From positions 201,500,001 through 201,564,000 of the forward strand of contig NC_088793.1 in NCBI RefSeq assembly GCF_011386835.1: a stretch of 64,000 nt of DNA. Direction: 5' to 3'. The position numbers were made by a program, and so were the translations under genes. This document shows, one piece after another, positions 38,311 through 52,539 of this stretch; the stretch's first letter is position 1; each line of letters begins with the position of its first letter. The notes beneath the pieces were generated by a model. It did not search any database and was not told the origin of the DNA. It saw nothing but the letters and a program-made list of their open reading frames with translations. The stretch comes from Chrysemys picta bellii. Taxonomy: Eukaryota.

Positions 38311-40292
38311 TTATAACCAGTTACCACTCACCTAGATAGCCAGAAAAGAGTTTGATAATTTTCTCACGGTCACTCCAAGAACAATGGCTTCCTCTTCCAA
38401 AGAGACGTGGGGCCAAATATTCCTCTTGCTTACACCAGAGAAACTTGCTGTCTTCAGTGGAGTTACACCAAAGAACCTGAGAGGAGACACTCACCTAGGA
38501 TACTTCATTTACTTGCATGGCTAAATTCCAAGTAACCACCTTCAGACTCATCTAAATGCCTGCTGTACTTGCAATTACCTAAATTATTCTTCCCATCCTG
38601 TGCTAATTTTTTCTTAGTGTGGATGACAATAATCGGGAAACGTGAATGAAAACGGCAGCCAGATGTACAGAGGAACATAGTCCAGCAGCTAAGACACTAG
38701 CCTACAATTTGGAAGGCTCTGAAACAGGCTTTCTGTATGACCTTGCATAAGTCATCTTTGACTTTGGTGAAAGTTAGGAGCCTAAATACCTTGGAGGATC
38801 TGGGCCTTTGTTCCCCATCTGTGAATGGGGATGATAGGTGTCTTGTAAGCATAAATACATTTTAAAAGCTCGTGAGGTGATCATATTCTCATAGTGGGGG
38901 CATGTAAGTACCTTTGACAGGTAGGGCTGATTTAGCCGAACAATTCTGAAAACATGGCCTGGATGACCTATTCCTGTTGAAATGTTTCAGATCCCCAAGC
39001 ACTGACCACATTTCCAAAGAGAATCAGAGCAAATGGTTAATAATAATAATGTGACGTTATAGTACTTAAAAAAGAACTACACTTTGCTGATATTCTGTTG
39101 TCAGCATTGGCAAGCAGCGGGAGGGAAGTAAAACACTGATAACATTACTGTATTGTTCATGTAGGTCCCCAACCTTAACATGCATCTGTATCTTCTGTCT
39201 CAAGAGGTTGCTCTCTTTTCATCAAACACATTCCAGGAGGTAGTAGTGAACGTACGGACAGAACACAGCAGATTGATCCATTAACTCTCGCCCTAGCTCT
39301 GCATTCCAAATGGGAGGATTTGGTAAGCTCAAAATGTAAACACGCTCACAGGATCTGGTTTACCACTGCTGCTACTTTGACTTGTTGTAGGTGCTGCAAA
39401 CCTTTTCAGGTGCTACAACTTCTTCTTTGATATGTGGTGTTTAATTAAGTACGGGCACAAAGCAAGCTAGTCTTTATGTGCCTTGGGTTATCATCTCAAA
39501 AATGTAAGGCCAGATTCTCAGTTAGTGCGAATCCATGTAGCTCCACTGAAGCATGAGACTCTTAATATATGTCTAAAATTAATAACGTGTTCCCTCTTTG
39601 CCAGAAAAGATGCAATTCAATGCGCATTCGTTCCCCTTTGATGGACAGTCCCTTAAAGAGCTTCCATTTAGCAATGGATAAAATTAAAAGTCCAGCCTGT
39701 CACAGCTCTAAACATGCTTTTCATGCCTGATCTTTTTCATTTGGATTGGGTTTACCCACTAACACACCTTTGATGTTATCATTTTCTTATTGTGGCGGCT
39801 AACAACACAGTTGTATGTGCTTGGATAACCCACACAAGCAGCGTTTGGCTCTCTGTCCCTCTCTAGTGGTTAGTCCATGTACAGAGGTTTATGCGTCTGC
39901 TACAGCCCGTTTGCTGAGGTGCCTGGGTCTTTAGCTCAGACAGTAGAAGCTCTTTACTTTAGTTCCAGAAGTGCAATAACCACAGAGGATGACTCATCCA
40001 AGACTGAAGACTGAAAGATTGTGGTTCATCATAGGAAGAAATTGCCTTTTTTTCAGGTAGCACACTGGCCAAGGGTGTCTTTGTCCCCCTCTAGTAACAG
40101 GGCCATTTAAGAGGCTATCAACTACTAGAGCTGGTCAGAAAATACTCCATCTCCCCCTACAGATAATGTTGCCTTGTTGGCAATGTATCAAAAAAATGAA
40201 ATATTTGGGTCAAAAATATAAAGTATTTATATTCGACATAGCACCCTGGTGCCTCCTGGAGTTGTAGTTCAGATGCTGTATGTTCCCACAGC

Positions 40293-41182
40293 TGTCTCGC
40301 ATGACCTTCTCATATACAAACTAGGGAAATACAACCTAGATGGAGCTACTATAAGGTGGGTGCATAACTGGTTGGAAAATCGTTCCCAGGGAGTAGTTAT
40401 CAGTGGTTCACAGTCATGCTGGAAGGGCATAATGAGTGGGGTCCCGCAGGGATCAGTTCTGGGTCTGGGTCTGTTCAGTATCTTCATCAATGATTTAGAT
40501 AATGACATAGGGAGTATACTTATAAAGTTTGTGGATGATACCAAGCTGTGCAAGTGCTTTGGAGGATAGGATTAAAATTCAAAATGATCTGGACAAACTG
40601 GAGAAATGGTCTGAAGTAAATAGGATGAAATTCAATAAGGACAAATGTGAAGTGCTCCACTTACGAAGGAACAATCAGTTGCACACATACAAAATGGGAA
40701 ATGACTGCCTAGGATGGAGTACCGTGGAAAGGGATCTGGGGGTCATAGTGGATCACAAGCTAAATGAGTCAACAATGTAATGCTGTTGCAAAAAAAAGCA
40801 AACATCATTCTGGGATGTATTAGCAGGAGTTGTAAGCAAGACATGAGAAGTAATTCTCCCGCTCTACTTCGCTCTGATTAGGCCTCAACTGCAGTATTGT
40901 GTCCAGTTCTGGGCACCACATTTCAGGAAAGATGTGGACAAATTGGAGAAAGTCCAGAGAAGAGCAATAAAAATGATTAAAGGTCTAGAAAACATGACCT
41001 CTGAGGGAAGATTGAAAAAAAATGGGTTTGTTTAGTCTGGAGAAGAGAAGACTGAGAGGGGACATGATAACAGTTTTCAAATACATAAAATGTTACAAGG
41101 AGGAGGGAGAAAAATTGTTCTTAACTTTTAAGGATAGGACAAGAAGCAATGGACTGAAATTGCAGCAAGGGTGGTTTAGGTG
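40293..41182 (+). mobile_element. CR1 LINE ORF2 fragment, degraded and truncated at both ends
   Basis: GVPQGSVLGLGLFSIFINDLD and KFVDDTKL; downstream LEKWSEVNRMKFNKDKC and [14 protein letters not shown]. Confidence 0.96.
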
Positions 41183-44100
41183 GCAGTGGAGAGGAGTGAG
41201 CAGGCAGACCGGGCATGCCTTGGGGGAAGAGATGGAGAGAAGTGAGTGATGGGTGGGGAGGGCCTCGGGGAGGAAGCGGAGAGGAGCAAGCGGGGGTGGG
41301 ATCAGGGAAGGGAGCAGATTGGGGGTGGGAAGAGGTGGAGTGAGGGTGGGGCTTCAGAGGAAGAGGCAGAGTGGGGGCAGGCCCATGGTCCGGGCACTGG
41401 TGGGCCCCCCACACACTTCTATGGCCCTCATGTCTAAGCCTCCCCAAACAGAAGACTCGCACGCTGCCTATGTCTACTGTGCAAATGTCCGAGATACTTC
41501 TCCTCCCAGGTGACAAACCCTTTGTCATAGGGAAATTCAGTAAGATGGAGAGGATAGAGGAGGGCCTTTGAGGAGAATTCAAGAAAACATTCAATGGGAG
41601 ATAGAGAACAGTGGCTCTGGTGCACGACCTCTACATGCTCTTCAGAGGCACCGTTTCCCACTGAAGCCCAAATCTGCTGAGTTTTGCCAACACCCAGACT
41701 CTCTTTTGGATGTAACTTTACTGTGATTCACAGTTTGTTCATCTCAGGATGCATTTATACAGAGGCTCTCACCTTCAGTAGAAAGTCCAAGCCTTTTGGC
41801 AGACACATTCTGTGCTCCTTCCTCAGGCCACTGGCTTTGATATGAATTTTGTCTGACTACAAAGAGATTAAGCTTTGCAGAAAATGGCTGTTAGATGGCA
41901 TAGAATAAGCTTGTAATATCTATTTAGGACTAAAAAATTGCTTGGTCAGAATTACTCTTCTCCTCCTACATATTCTCCACTACGTAAGTGCACATTTGCT
42001 GACAATGACATTGGGTTCAGTTTTGCACCCGTTGAAGATGATAATTTTGCCATTGATTTCACTGGGAACAGCATGCAGCTGGTATCTGGCACACATTATA
42101 TAGTCAGATTTTACTGGCACATATGATAACATTTACAAGAGTCTGGTGTCAGAGCATATAATCTTCACAGGATTTTGTAATCTTCCAAGATTGTAATCTG
42201 TACATTGGCACCATCTGAAACAAATCAAAATAAGAAATTGCCAGTTTAATAAGTTGTAAATTTTTAACACAGATATATTCAAATATGTCCCAGACATTAG
42301 TCTTAATTTTTCAAAGTAAGCTGTTCTCGAGTTATGAAAGAGAAGAGCAAATCCCAGGCTCAGAAAACAAAAATCACGCCACCAATTTTCTTTAGATTTT
42401 TCTGAGAACACTTTAGCACAAATATGGAGTGTGACCATCTCCTGGTCTATAGTGTTTTTCTTAAGCACCAGCTCCTGGAATCATATGACGACTTGGGAAT
42501 CACAGCTGTTATTTTAAAAAAGTCAAATTTCTAGCCCTCACAGTTGGGGAGAAAAGCTTGGGAATGTGATCAAAAATCAGAAGCCAAATAAAAAGAATCC
42601 TTAATTTATTATTTGCAAATTCTCATTATTTTTTAGGGTGGGCAATGTTGGTGTGCGAGATGTGTATATTTGTTATACAGATATAAGGGAGTTTATAATG
42701 TGTGTGCCACAAGGACTGCTAGGTTTTTTTGCTGATACAGACTAACACGGCTACCACTGAAACCTATAATGTGTTTGTGTATACCGGTCTATCTGGCAAT
42801 CAGCCAGGAAACAGAGACAATTAAGTATTTCATAATGAGCCAGATTGTGATCACCTTACTCAACAAGTGATCCTACTGAAATCTATGCAGGCAGTAAGGT
42901 GCTACTTAGTAGAAGGAAGGGAATCAGAATCTGGCACCCTAAATAAGATCAGTGATTTCCAGTGTGCATAACAGTGTCAAATCTGGCCCCAATCAGGATA
43001 CAGGTTCCTGCTCCAAAAGAGGATTTTTGTTTAGATTCACAACAGGGACTGTAAAATCCTTTGAAAATTCCCCAAGGTGTTAATTGGTTTTTATGCAAAC
43101 CCATCTGATGTCCTAGCCACTCTAAGGAATTTTTCTTCCAACTTCCTACCATTGCTAACACTGGTTCAGCTTCACCAGAGTTAGCAATGTTGGGAGCGCT
43201 GGCATAAATGCACTGCTGGTATTGTTAACACCATATCAATTTGGTCTGCTCGCAGTAGGGTCACATGGCCCCAGCAGCTAGTGGTCTATGTACACTTGGG
43301 GGCCAAATCCAAATTGTATTAAGCCTTTCCATTGACTTCAACGGCCTTTGGATTAGGCACCAATAAAACTTGACTCCAATTAGCGAGGGTGCAACTTTTT
43401 CCATAGACTTTTTGTTGGTGGGTGAAGGGGTTATTTCTTTCTGATGGAAAGTGGTTTCTTCAACTAAATGGACATTTTCATGGGGGGGGAGGGGAAGTCC
43501 CATCTTTGGTGGAAATCTTTGAGTTTTCGTTGAAAAACTGAAAACTCCAAGCTCCCAAATTGCGCTTTTAAACCAAAAAGTTTCAGTTTTCTAAAAGCCA
43601 GTCGTTTCTCAGCAGCGGAAAACCGGAAAAAAATAAAAGTCTGATGAAAACTTGAAAAGATTCAATAAAAAAACATGCGGAAAATCATTTTTTCAGCGGT
43701 GTGTGTCAGGGGATTTCGCAGAATCATAAATCTATTATATACAGTAAAGAACTTCCTCTTTGCAGCAGCTGCAGAACCCTTTGAAATGGGCGAAAGATCT
43801 ATGGAAAGCACTCGGGCAAACGAGGTGGAAATTAGAGAGGGAGCTGTATCAAGAGGAATATACTATTTAAATGAAATGCATTGAGAGCCAGATTTCGATC
43901 CGCTGAATACAGCTATTCTTGTTCACATGGGGCAGCACCTTATGCTACAATTAGCCCATTTGGCTTCAGTGGGACTTTGTGAATTGCAGGTACGACTCAG
44001 TGTGAGCATAGGCATCACAATCTAGTCCATTGTAATTTAGAAATAAAATTCTATTTGTGTATTGAGTTCTTATCTAAAGGATGAGGGAATCTACAGTATG

Positions 44101-44817
44101 CTAATGAAGGCTTATCAGCTGTGCTGGCAAAATCCCAGGGGATGATAAAGAGAAAGAGAGAATGGGAAAGAGACACTTTGGCTATGAAAACAAGTCTTGC
44201 TGGAACAAGAGATGATAGCAGTGCTGCAACTGAGAGAGAGAAAGAGAAAGAGACTTCCGTTCCTGGGACAAGATCCCTTCCTGAGGCATGTCACTGAAGG
44301 AGATACACAGATTTCCACTGACAGATTGGTGCACCAAATACATTATGAATCTTGCAGCTGAGGACAAAAGGTCTTTCTACCGTATACAGGAGAGAATTAC
44401 AAAAGCAACTAGAACTACCCAAAAAAATCAAAATTTTTAGGTTCCCAGCCTGAGACACAAAAAAGAGCCTGATTTCAGAGGGCAGGTGCTCAGCACATTT
44501 CGGGGTGGGGAAAAATCAGATCCTTTTAAGGTGTCTCAAATTGGTCACCCAAAATTCACTAGTCCCTTAAATCTTGGCCTGAGCTTTTTCCATCTGATTT
44601 AATGAACATTTTTCTAGCAAGGATTTTAGGCCTATTAAAGTGTCTCAGTCCAGCTATGTTTATAGAGTCACTCACATTTAATACTTTCCCTTCATTCTAA
44701 TGAGGATCTCTTCATCGGCCACAAGCTGACCTGGATTTCAGGAGTGGTGGCAGGGGCAAGCAATCCCAGAGGAAGAAGGGATAAGGAGAATGGATAAGGA
44801 GAGCTATAACCAGCTGG

Positions 44818-45060
44818 GGGCACGTCTACACGACAACACTGCAGCTATGCTCTTGTAGCCCCAGAGTGTAGACACTTCCTACATCGATGTAAGGAGTTTG
44901 TCCCCTTCCGTATAGGTAATCCATGTACCTGAGGTGACAGTAATTAGGCTGACAGAAGAATTCTTCTGTTGACTTCGCTGCGTCTACACCAGACGCTAGG
45001 TTGGCTTCACTAGGGCACTCAGGGGTATGAGGTCGATCTAAATTTTAAGCACAGACCAGA
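44818..45060. mobile_element. Harbinger MITE
   Basis: GGGCACGTCTACAC start; interior AGGCTGACAGAAGAATTCTT shared with 57803. Confidence 0.75.
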
Positions 45061-47104
45061 TCATGGCATACACACAAGAGCAAAAGGTGTTGCAGTACCC
45101 TCCTCAAAAGGGATTGTGATGAAGATGGCTGCAGCGAGTGTGTGGGTGACCGGCTAAATACCTGGGGAATATAAGGAGTTGCTGTGCTGAGCATAAGAAA
45201 TTTCAGATGCAAAATGATTTATTTTGGGGAAAAGTTATGATCAACCCTGGTTAGAGCCTTCAGGGGGGAAACAGTTGTTGGAAATAGAACTGTGGTGGAA
45301 CCTGGACACTAGGGGTGAGGGTTTCAAAGCCACCAATGAGATTTGTATTCCCAATTCCCATTCATTTTAAAGGGGAACTTGGTGTCCAAATCCCTTAGAC
45401 AGCTTTGAAAATCTGAGCTTAGCGGCCTGGTCTAAAGCCCACTGACGTCAATGGGAGTCTTTCCATTGACTACAGATCAGGTCCCGGGCTGATGGGCAGT
45501 TTAGAAATGAGGGTGGGTGGATGGAGGCCACAATGGAAGGATTAATAAGCACTTGAGAACAAGGATGTGGAATGGAAGGCCTCCTGTGTCAGTCACTATG
45601 GGGCTATTGCTGCGTCCCCTTATACAGCTGCGACTGTATCCCCTTGTAAACATCAACCTTCAATCCAATCAGCTGTGTCTTATCTAGTGTAAAGCCTACA
45701 GAGTCACGTCACATGGTCCATGAAAAGCAGAGCTGCCTCCAGCCCCACACAGGGAAAAGCAAAATCCTCACCAGCCTCCTGCTTCAGATCCTGCCAGTAA
45801 GCAGGAGTGGGGCAAGGTGAGACCATATTTGCTGAGCAGCGGCCAGTTGGCAGTTCCAGATGCCAGCATGATGACAGTCAGGGCCTGCTCCCTCTCCCTG
45901 AGTCTCATGGGCAGGGTGGACAAAGAAGAAATCCATCTGTCCGTGGGGGGAAGGGATGAAGCGTCCCCATTCCCAGCTACTCTCCCAGCAAGTTCCCCTT
46001 CTCATCTGCGTTTCTGCGGGGGTCTGGTCAATACACCCCAGTGCTGTTCCGCCTCCTCAAACATCTCCGGGTGGATCGCAAGCCCAGATAGTGAGTGTCC
46101 ATCTTGTGATAGGGACGGGAAGTCCTGGCCTTTTGTTCCGCTGCTCCTGGCCCTTTAACCTACCCCACAGAGAGCTCTCTTAAATGGTAAGTCCCATCGG
46201 GAAAGGACCATACTTCCCTCTGGGCCATGCTCACTTTCAGGGCTTATCCAATAAGCATGTCTCAGCTTTAGAGAGTTTAAAGGGTCAGTATCGAGAGCAG
46301 GAGCAGTGTTGGCCAGTCCTACAGCAAGATGGGATTGGTGGGTGGGTCTCCCATCTCCCTGCCTGAGACAGTCTAAAGGGCCTTGATCCTCAGAACAGGC
46401 AGCGCACCTGCCCTCTCACAAATCAGGTGTCTCCAGTTGGGCACTGGCCACGGATCGTCCCTTCTCAGGGTGCCCTATGACATCAAACCGCAGCAGGACA
46501 GGTGTGCCTTCCTCAGCTCCCATTCTCAGACTCCAGCACGCCTTCGCTCATGTCCAATTCTATCCCTGGCTGGAGCCAGTTCGTTGTCCCACACAGGGTG
46601 AGATAGTCCTTGAAAGCCCAACGCAGTCCAAAGACACCTCATGGCCTAGTACTGGTGTCTTCTCCCAAGCTGGCCTTCCTCCAGTCTCCATCTGTTCTTG
46701 TATTCCATAGCCACTCCAGCCCTTCCATCTGGAGTCCTTTCCAGGCTTCTTCCTACCTCGCAAACCTCTTTCCTAGGCCTCACTGGCTTTACAGGCTTCC
46801 TAGGTCTTTCCCAGAGGGCTCCCCCCTGACATGACAGTTCTCCTCTGAGATCTCTAATCCCTAGAGGACACCTACCCTTCCTCAGCTGCACCAGGTTAAT
46901 AAAACGGGCTGGCTGGCACCAGCCCTCTGACCCTTAAATGGACAGACCATCCAGTCACAGGCACCCATAATTGAGCCTCCCTAACTCATCAGGCCTTTGT
47001 CAAAATCATGGCCATTATTTATGACTGAAAAATAGCCCAACCTCCCATTCCCCTCCCTCTGCTTTTCAGACAGCAGTCTACAGAACCAGCATCATCATCA
47101 CAGT

Positions 47105-47335
47105 TGGGTAGGTAATGATAATACCTAGCTCTGATATGGCACTCTTCATTAGAGGATCTCAAAGCACTTCACAAAAGCGGGAGTCGGTATCATTATCCCC
47201 ATTTTACAGATGAGGAAATTGAGGCCTGGGGAGGTGACTTGTCCAAGGCCACCCAGCAGGCCAGTGGCAGAGTTGAGAACAGAACCTAGGTCTGCAGAGT
47301 CCCCGTCCAATGCCCTATCCTCTAGACAGCGCAAT
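47105..47335 (-). mobile_element. MIR-like CORE-SINE
   Basis: CATTATCCCCATTTTACAGATGAGGAAATTGAGGC...GTGACTTGTCCAAGGCCACCCAGC. Confidence 0.85.
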
Positions 47336-48244
47336 TCAGAAATCCACATTTGTACAAGGTTCTCCCCAAACCTGGAGCTCCTTCCCACACCTGACTACTG
47401 TGATCTTTTTCAAGGTAGCATTTAATGTTATAACCCAGCCAATCCATGGAGCTTCTATGAAGACCTAACAACAGAGAAAACAAAGAGTAAATTCAACAGG
47501 ATTCTCGCTTCTTGTCGGCAGTCATCCATCCAGAAGCAAGCTCCTGCACCCCCATGTCTTCTCCTAATACTGCTCCTTAGTGACAAAAGGAGCTACATCT
47601 GCAGACAAAGAACGTGCTGGATTTCCCATCTGCTGGCAAAAAATAAGGAGAATGTGGAAGAAGTGGAACCGGTGACACACAAAGTGAGAGGAAAAATTGT
47701 AAGAGGAAAAGAGAGCACTGGGGGGAAGGAGTGGAGAAAGAACCAAAGCAGGAATACCGGTCACAAAGACAGAGGTGAAAAAAGCAACCCACAACTCAGC
47801 TGCAGTAAAAGGCACCAAGAACAGCATTTGAGAGAAGACACCACAAGGCAAATCATATAGGTTCTGTCTTTGTACAGTGCCTAGCTCATAATGGGGTCCT
47901 GGTCCATAACTGGGACTCCTAGGAGCTACCACAATACAACTTATAAATAATAAAAGTAACAGGTACAAAAAGAGCAAGAAGCAACCAAGCAGAACACAGT
48001 AAACCAGAGCAGTGGTGTCTGCTCCAAATTGCCAAAGGTAATTGAAACTCGGTGGGAGCAGATCTCTTGCCAAACTAAGTCTGATGGGACATTCATTGCT
48101 GCAACTGGTTATAACAAGCCCAGAGAAACCTTGGCAACCTACGGATATGGGGCCAGATCCTCAGCTGGTGTAAACTGGCAAAGCTCTATTGCAGTCAGCG
48201 GTGGTAGGCCAATTTATACCAGGTTTATTTTTTCCTAGCATTTA

Positions 48245-48490
48245 CAGCCGGAAGGGACCATTAGACATCTAGTCTGACTTCTTGTATATCACAAGCCATT
48301 ATATTTCACCTAGCTATCCCTGTATTGACCCCAATTACTTGTATGTAGCTAAAGCATGTTTTCCAAAAAGGCATCCATTCTGGGTCTCAAGCCATCCAAA
48401 AAAAACATGGAGAATCCACCACTTCCTTTGGCAGTTTGGTCCCATGGTTCTCACTTAAAAAAAAAAAATGTGCCGAATTTCTAATTGAAA
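48245..48490 (-). mobile_element. CR1 3' fragment
   Basis: CCGGAAGGGACCATTAGACATCTAGTCTGAC...GGAGAATCCACCACTTCC is the reverse complement of a CR1 tail. Confidence 0.75.
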
Positions 48491-50289
48491 GTGACGTCCT
48501 CAGCTGACGATATCCTCATTGACTTCAATGGAGCTAGATTAATTTACACCTGAGAAGGACCTGTCCAAAGACCCCTAATACACTACAACCACCAGAGGCC
48601 TGTATGTTGTAAAATTTCTCACAGAACAGTCATCAGATGGTAAAATCTTTTACACCTTTATTGGTCTGAGTTAGATTTGATTTAGTCTCTTGGGTAGGGA
48701 AGGCTCCAAGTTTCATTATCATTCTGCTCAAGTCATCCACCCACTTTGATCTGCTATGTTGTTACCATAATTATCTGCATTACCATCCATTATCCCCATC
48801 AGCACAGCTTCAAGGATCAACTTTACAGAGTCAGCTAATCACCTAGAGTCATAATTAGAGCAGGGAAGATATTGCAAAAGACATTTAATAAATAGACATT
48901 TGAATTTTTAAAATTAATTTGCTTCAGCTGTGCTCATGTGCCTCGTGTATTTGCTTTTGGCAAATATTCTGGCAACTTAACTTACTGGCTGCAATGTTTG
49001 TGGAAACAGTAAGTTTGAAACTATCCTGGAGGATGCACCTGAGAAGAAAAATTGGCATTCATAATGGGGAGTGTTCTCACCAGAAACCTGACAGGAAGGG
49101 TTATACTTATCCAAACTAGTCTTGTGGTTCAGATGCTGGGCTGTAATTGAAAAGACCTGGGTTTGGTTCCTGGTAATACCACAGATCACTTGTGTGACCC
49201 TGGGCAAGGCTGGTAATCTCTCCGATTCAAAATCCTGGGGCAGTGCAGTTACCTCTGCTCAGGGCTTGTGGCAAAGTCTTGGCTTAAACTGTATGGCAGA
49301 GCCACTGGACAAGTAATGTGTGGATTGCCCCCTCTTAGGCCAGACTCATTCTATAGAAAAAGCTTTCCCCTCCTCCTAATTACTCTACAAGCTGTTCCAT
49401 TCCCAGGCAACATTCAGGCCAAAGATTCTCTGCTAGGTTGACTCCAGCTTCTACTGCCCCTCCCCTGAAGATATTCTGAACAGCAGCTGTGGGAGAGCAC
49501 CCTGTACTGTTCACACAGAGCACTATGTCTTACGCGGCGCTCTGGGCGAGCGCTGCGCGGGGGAGCTTGTAGGACTGAAAGTTGCTGCTTTTATTGTTTT
49601 CTCTGTCTCCCTTTGTTTCTTGATCCTTTTCCTTGTTCTCCCCTTCCCTCGTTATATCCTTTTCCTTTTTTACCTTTGCTTCATCATGCTTTCTTTTCCT
49701 GTCTCTCCCCCATTGCTCCCCCTCCTCCTTGTTCAGGTCTGTCGGCCTTCCTCTTCACATTAAAGCAATGGGAGCTTGTATTCAACAGTTAAATGATTCC
49801 TTTATCCCAACATATAGGGCAGTAACCAGAGCGAGCGGCCTGCTGCAGTTCCCTGATCTATCCCTGCAGACCAGAGCCCCACCTTCCAAGATGGAATATG
49901 AGCTTTGGTCTCTGTAGACACACCCTATATTCCTACACAGCAACTGCCTCCTCCACATACCTCAGCCAACTTTCATCTCTCTCTGATGTTCTCCCACTTC
50001 AGTTTCTCCCTCCTAATCTCTCTTACCTTTGTCCTGGGCTGTGAGCCAAGTGCCTCAAGCCTGATAGTAAAAACTCCAAAGGGACTGTGTAGAATAGAGT
50101 ACAACCCCCATTTACCAACGATGGTTTTGGAGACATCACAAGTATTCAGATCCATGGAGGTATGGATAAGCAGAGGACTTTCTGGGTAACTGATTCGTGT
50201 CTGGAGACATATGGGGTAATTTCACTCATGCAGATTTACACCACTTTATCAATGTAAACTATTGTTGATTATTAGTGTTCAAGGGATTT

Positions 50290-50760
50290 TCAAAAGTGAC
50301 TAAAGAGAACATTTTCAAAAACGCCTAAGTGACTTAGGAGCCTAAATCCCAAAACATGGGACTTAGACGCTTAAGTCTCATTGAAAGTCATTGGGATTTA
50401 GATACCACAGTGCCTAAGTTACTTTTGAAAATGGGACTTAGGAGCCCGTCAGGTACTTTTGAAAATTACGCCATTGAAAGTCACTTCGGGTACTGGTGAT
50501 CCAAGGCATTTAGATGCTTTTGAAAATCCTACCCTTGAAGAATATAGTTGTCAATATGTCCTAAGGGACTGATTTTGAAAGAACTCAGCCACCCACATTT
50601 GGGGCCAGATTTTCAAAAGAGCTCAGCTCCCTTTTAGGTGCCCAACTGAAGTAACCAGACTTTCAGAAATACTCAGCAGTTCCCATTCTTCCCCCTTGGG
50701 AGGGGAAGATTCACCATGGCCAGCAATGGTTGGTGAGCTCTTTTGAAAATCTGGTCTTAA
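50290..50760. mobile_element. Cluster of short palindromic TTTTCAAAAG...CTTTTGAAAAT MITEs
   Basis: Repeated GATTTTCAAAA/TTTTGAAAATC arms with CCTAAGTGACTTAGG cores. Confidence 0.6.
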
Positions 50761-50989
50761 ATATATTTTGATCACTCATCTGCATCATTTCAGTCTCTTT
50801 ACATTGACGCTGGGTCAGATTCGGAATCCCTTACTTACTACAGAAGTAGACCCACTGACGTTAATGGGAGCAGAGTTAGGTCAGCGCTGGATATTTCAGA
50901 AAAATCCCTCCTTACCTGCTGTATGACAGCAACTCAGATTTCAGACATTGATTTTTTTTTTGACAAATTGCTAGTGAAGAAGGATTGTA

Positions 50990-51208
50990 CAGGTGAGTCT
51001 CATCTTACGCGGGGGTTCCGTTCCGCGGTTAGCATGTAAAGCAAAAACCGCGTATAGTCAAAATTACATTGAGTTGAATGGTGGGCGGAATTGCCCGCAC
51101 TACAGGTACAGTATTAAAATTGTTATTTTTCTCTTTTTTTTCCCCCTTTGCCGACCGCGTAAAGCTGAAATCGCACATGTTAAATGCACGTAAGATGTGA
51201 CAGACCTG
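50990..51208. mobile_element. Tc1/mariner (Tigger-like) MITE
   Basis: TIRs CAGGTGAGTCTCATCTTACG/CGTAAGATGTGACAGACCTG; TA TSD. Confidence 0.88.
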
Positions 51209-51389
51209 TATAACGAGAATATTTTTGAGCAATGAAGCCATGTGAGAAATTCATGATCCTTGTACAGACAACTTGCAAACAGAAAAGGAGCAAAATTAAT
51301 CAAATTACTCCTATTTCTGGATACTGGTCAAAAACTGCCCAGCAAAACTGTTTCTTGACAGAAAAAACAGGGTTTTTGACTAAACCAAT

Positions 51390-51391
<2 letters not shown>

Positions 51392-51444
<53 letters not shown>
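51392..51444. repeat. (GT)26 microsatellite
   Basis: Perfect GT run. Confidence 0.98.
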
Positions 51445-51447
<3 letters not shown>

Positions 51448-51832
51448 AGTGCCTACTTTCCATTGGGAAAAAAATGATTTTCATTGAAAAACCAAATGCC
51501 CCAAAACTAAAAAAGCCAAAACCTAAAATATTTGGATACGCTGTTGCAGTGCCCCATGGGACATGTAGTTTGCTATCCTCATGTCCCATTCTCATCTCTG
51601 GAGTGGGCTCCCCCCGGACGACCTCTCCTGTTGTACTGTCTCCCCTCTCTAAGAGGGGAGATTCTTATGCATCATGGGAGATGTAGTCTGACCAAGAAGA
51701 CCAACTTATAGAGAATGAGTGTATGAGGCACATAAACTACAACTCCCATAAGGCACCACAGCAGCATTTCTGAATAGAAATATTTTGGGTTTGGGCAGAA
51801 ATTGTTTGGTTTTCAGCTGAAAATGTTTGATA

Positions 51833-52025
51833 CACCTCTACCCCGATATAACACGGCCCGATATAACATGAATTCGGATATAACGCGGTAAAGCAGTGCT
51901 CGGTGGGGGGGGGGGGGGACTGCGCACACCAGCGGATCAAAGCAAGTTCGATATAACGCGGTTTCACCTATAACACGGTAAGATTTTTTGGCTCCTGAGG
52001 ACAGTGTTATATCGAGGTAGAGGTG
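51833..52025. mobile_element. Tc1/mariner (Tigger-like) MITE
   Basis: TIRs CACCTCTACCCCGATATAAC/GTTATATCGAGGTAGAGGTG; TA TSD; internal GATATAAC repeats. Confidence 0.92.
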
Positions 52026-52539
52026 TATTTAAATTTTCACACACAAAAAATTGATTTTTTTCTGACCAGCTCTAACTATGAACTCTATAGCCTTCTCTAA
52101 TGTTTTCACATGGGTATTACTGCCACACATGGCATAAAGTAATAGAGCCATTTGATAAGATACATTTTAATGTGTATTTTTAGTCATTTGGTTGCTTCCT
52201 AGGAATCCACCTTCATCAGATATAAATCGATCATTCTTAACCTCAAAACAGCTTCAAACAGCATCCACCGAAGATAAATACATACATGCACCCACAGAGC
52301 TATAAATACCAAACACCTGCCACGTCAATGTTTTCTTCTTTCTTCTTTCTCCAGATGTGGAATTCCTCCACCCACCTCCCAGGTAAAAGGTTTTCTATTT
52401 AGTGACTCATCAAGGGCAGGTGAGCTTTATGAGTTACAACTTCAAAAGTGACTAGTGATTTCGGGCTTCCTCCTTTTTGGCTGCCCAGCATGAGACGGGG
52501 AGAGGGGGTGAGTGCTCACCCCATCTCATTACATAAATA

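Noticed and set aside
47564-48073. 169-aa hydrophobic minus ORF and K/E/R-rich plus frame after an AG at 47580
   Set aside because: A purine-rich strand explains both; partly overlaps a SINE/L2-type tail; no recognisable domain.
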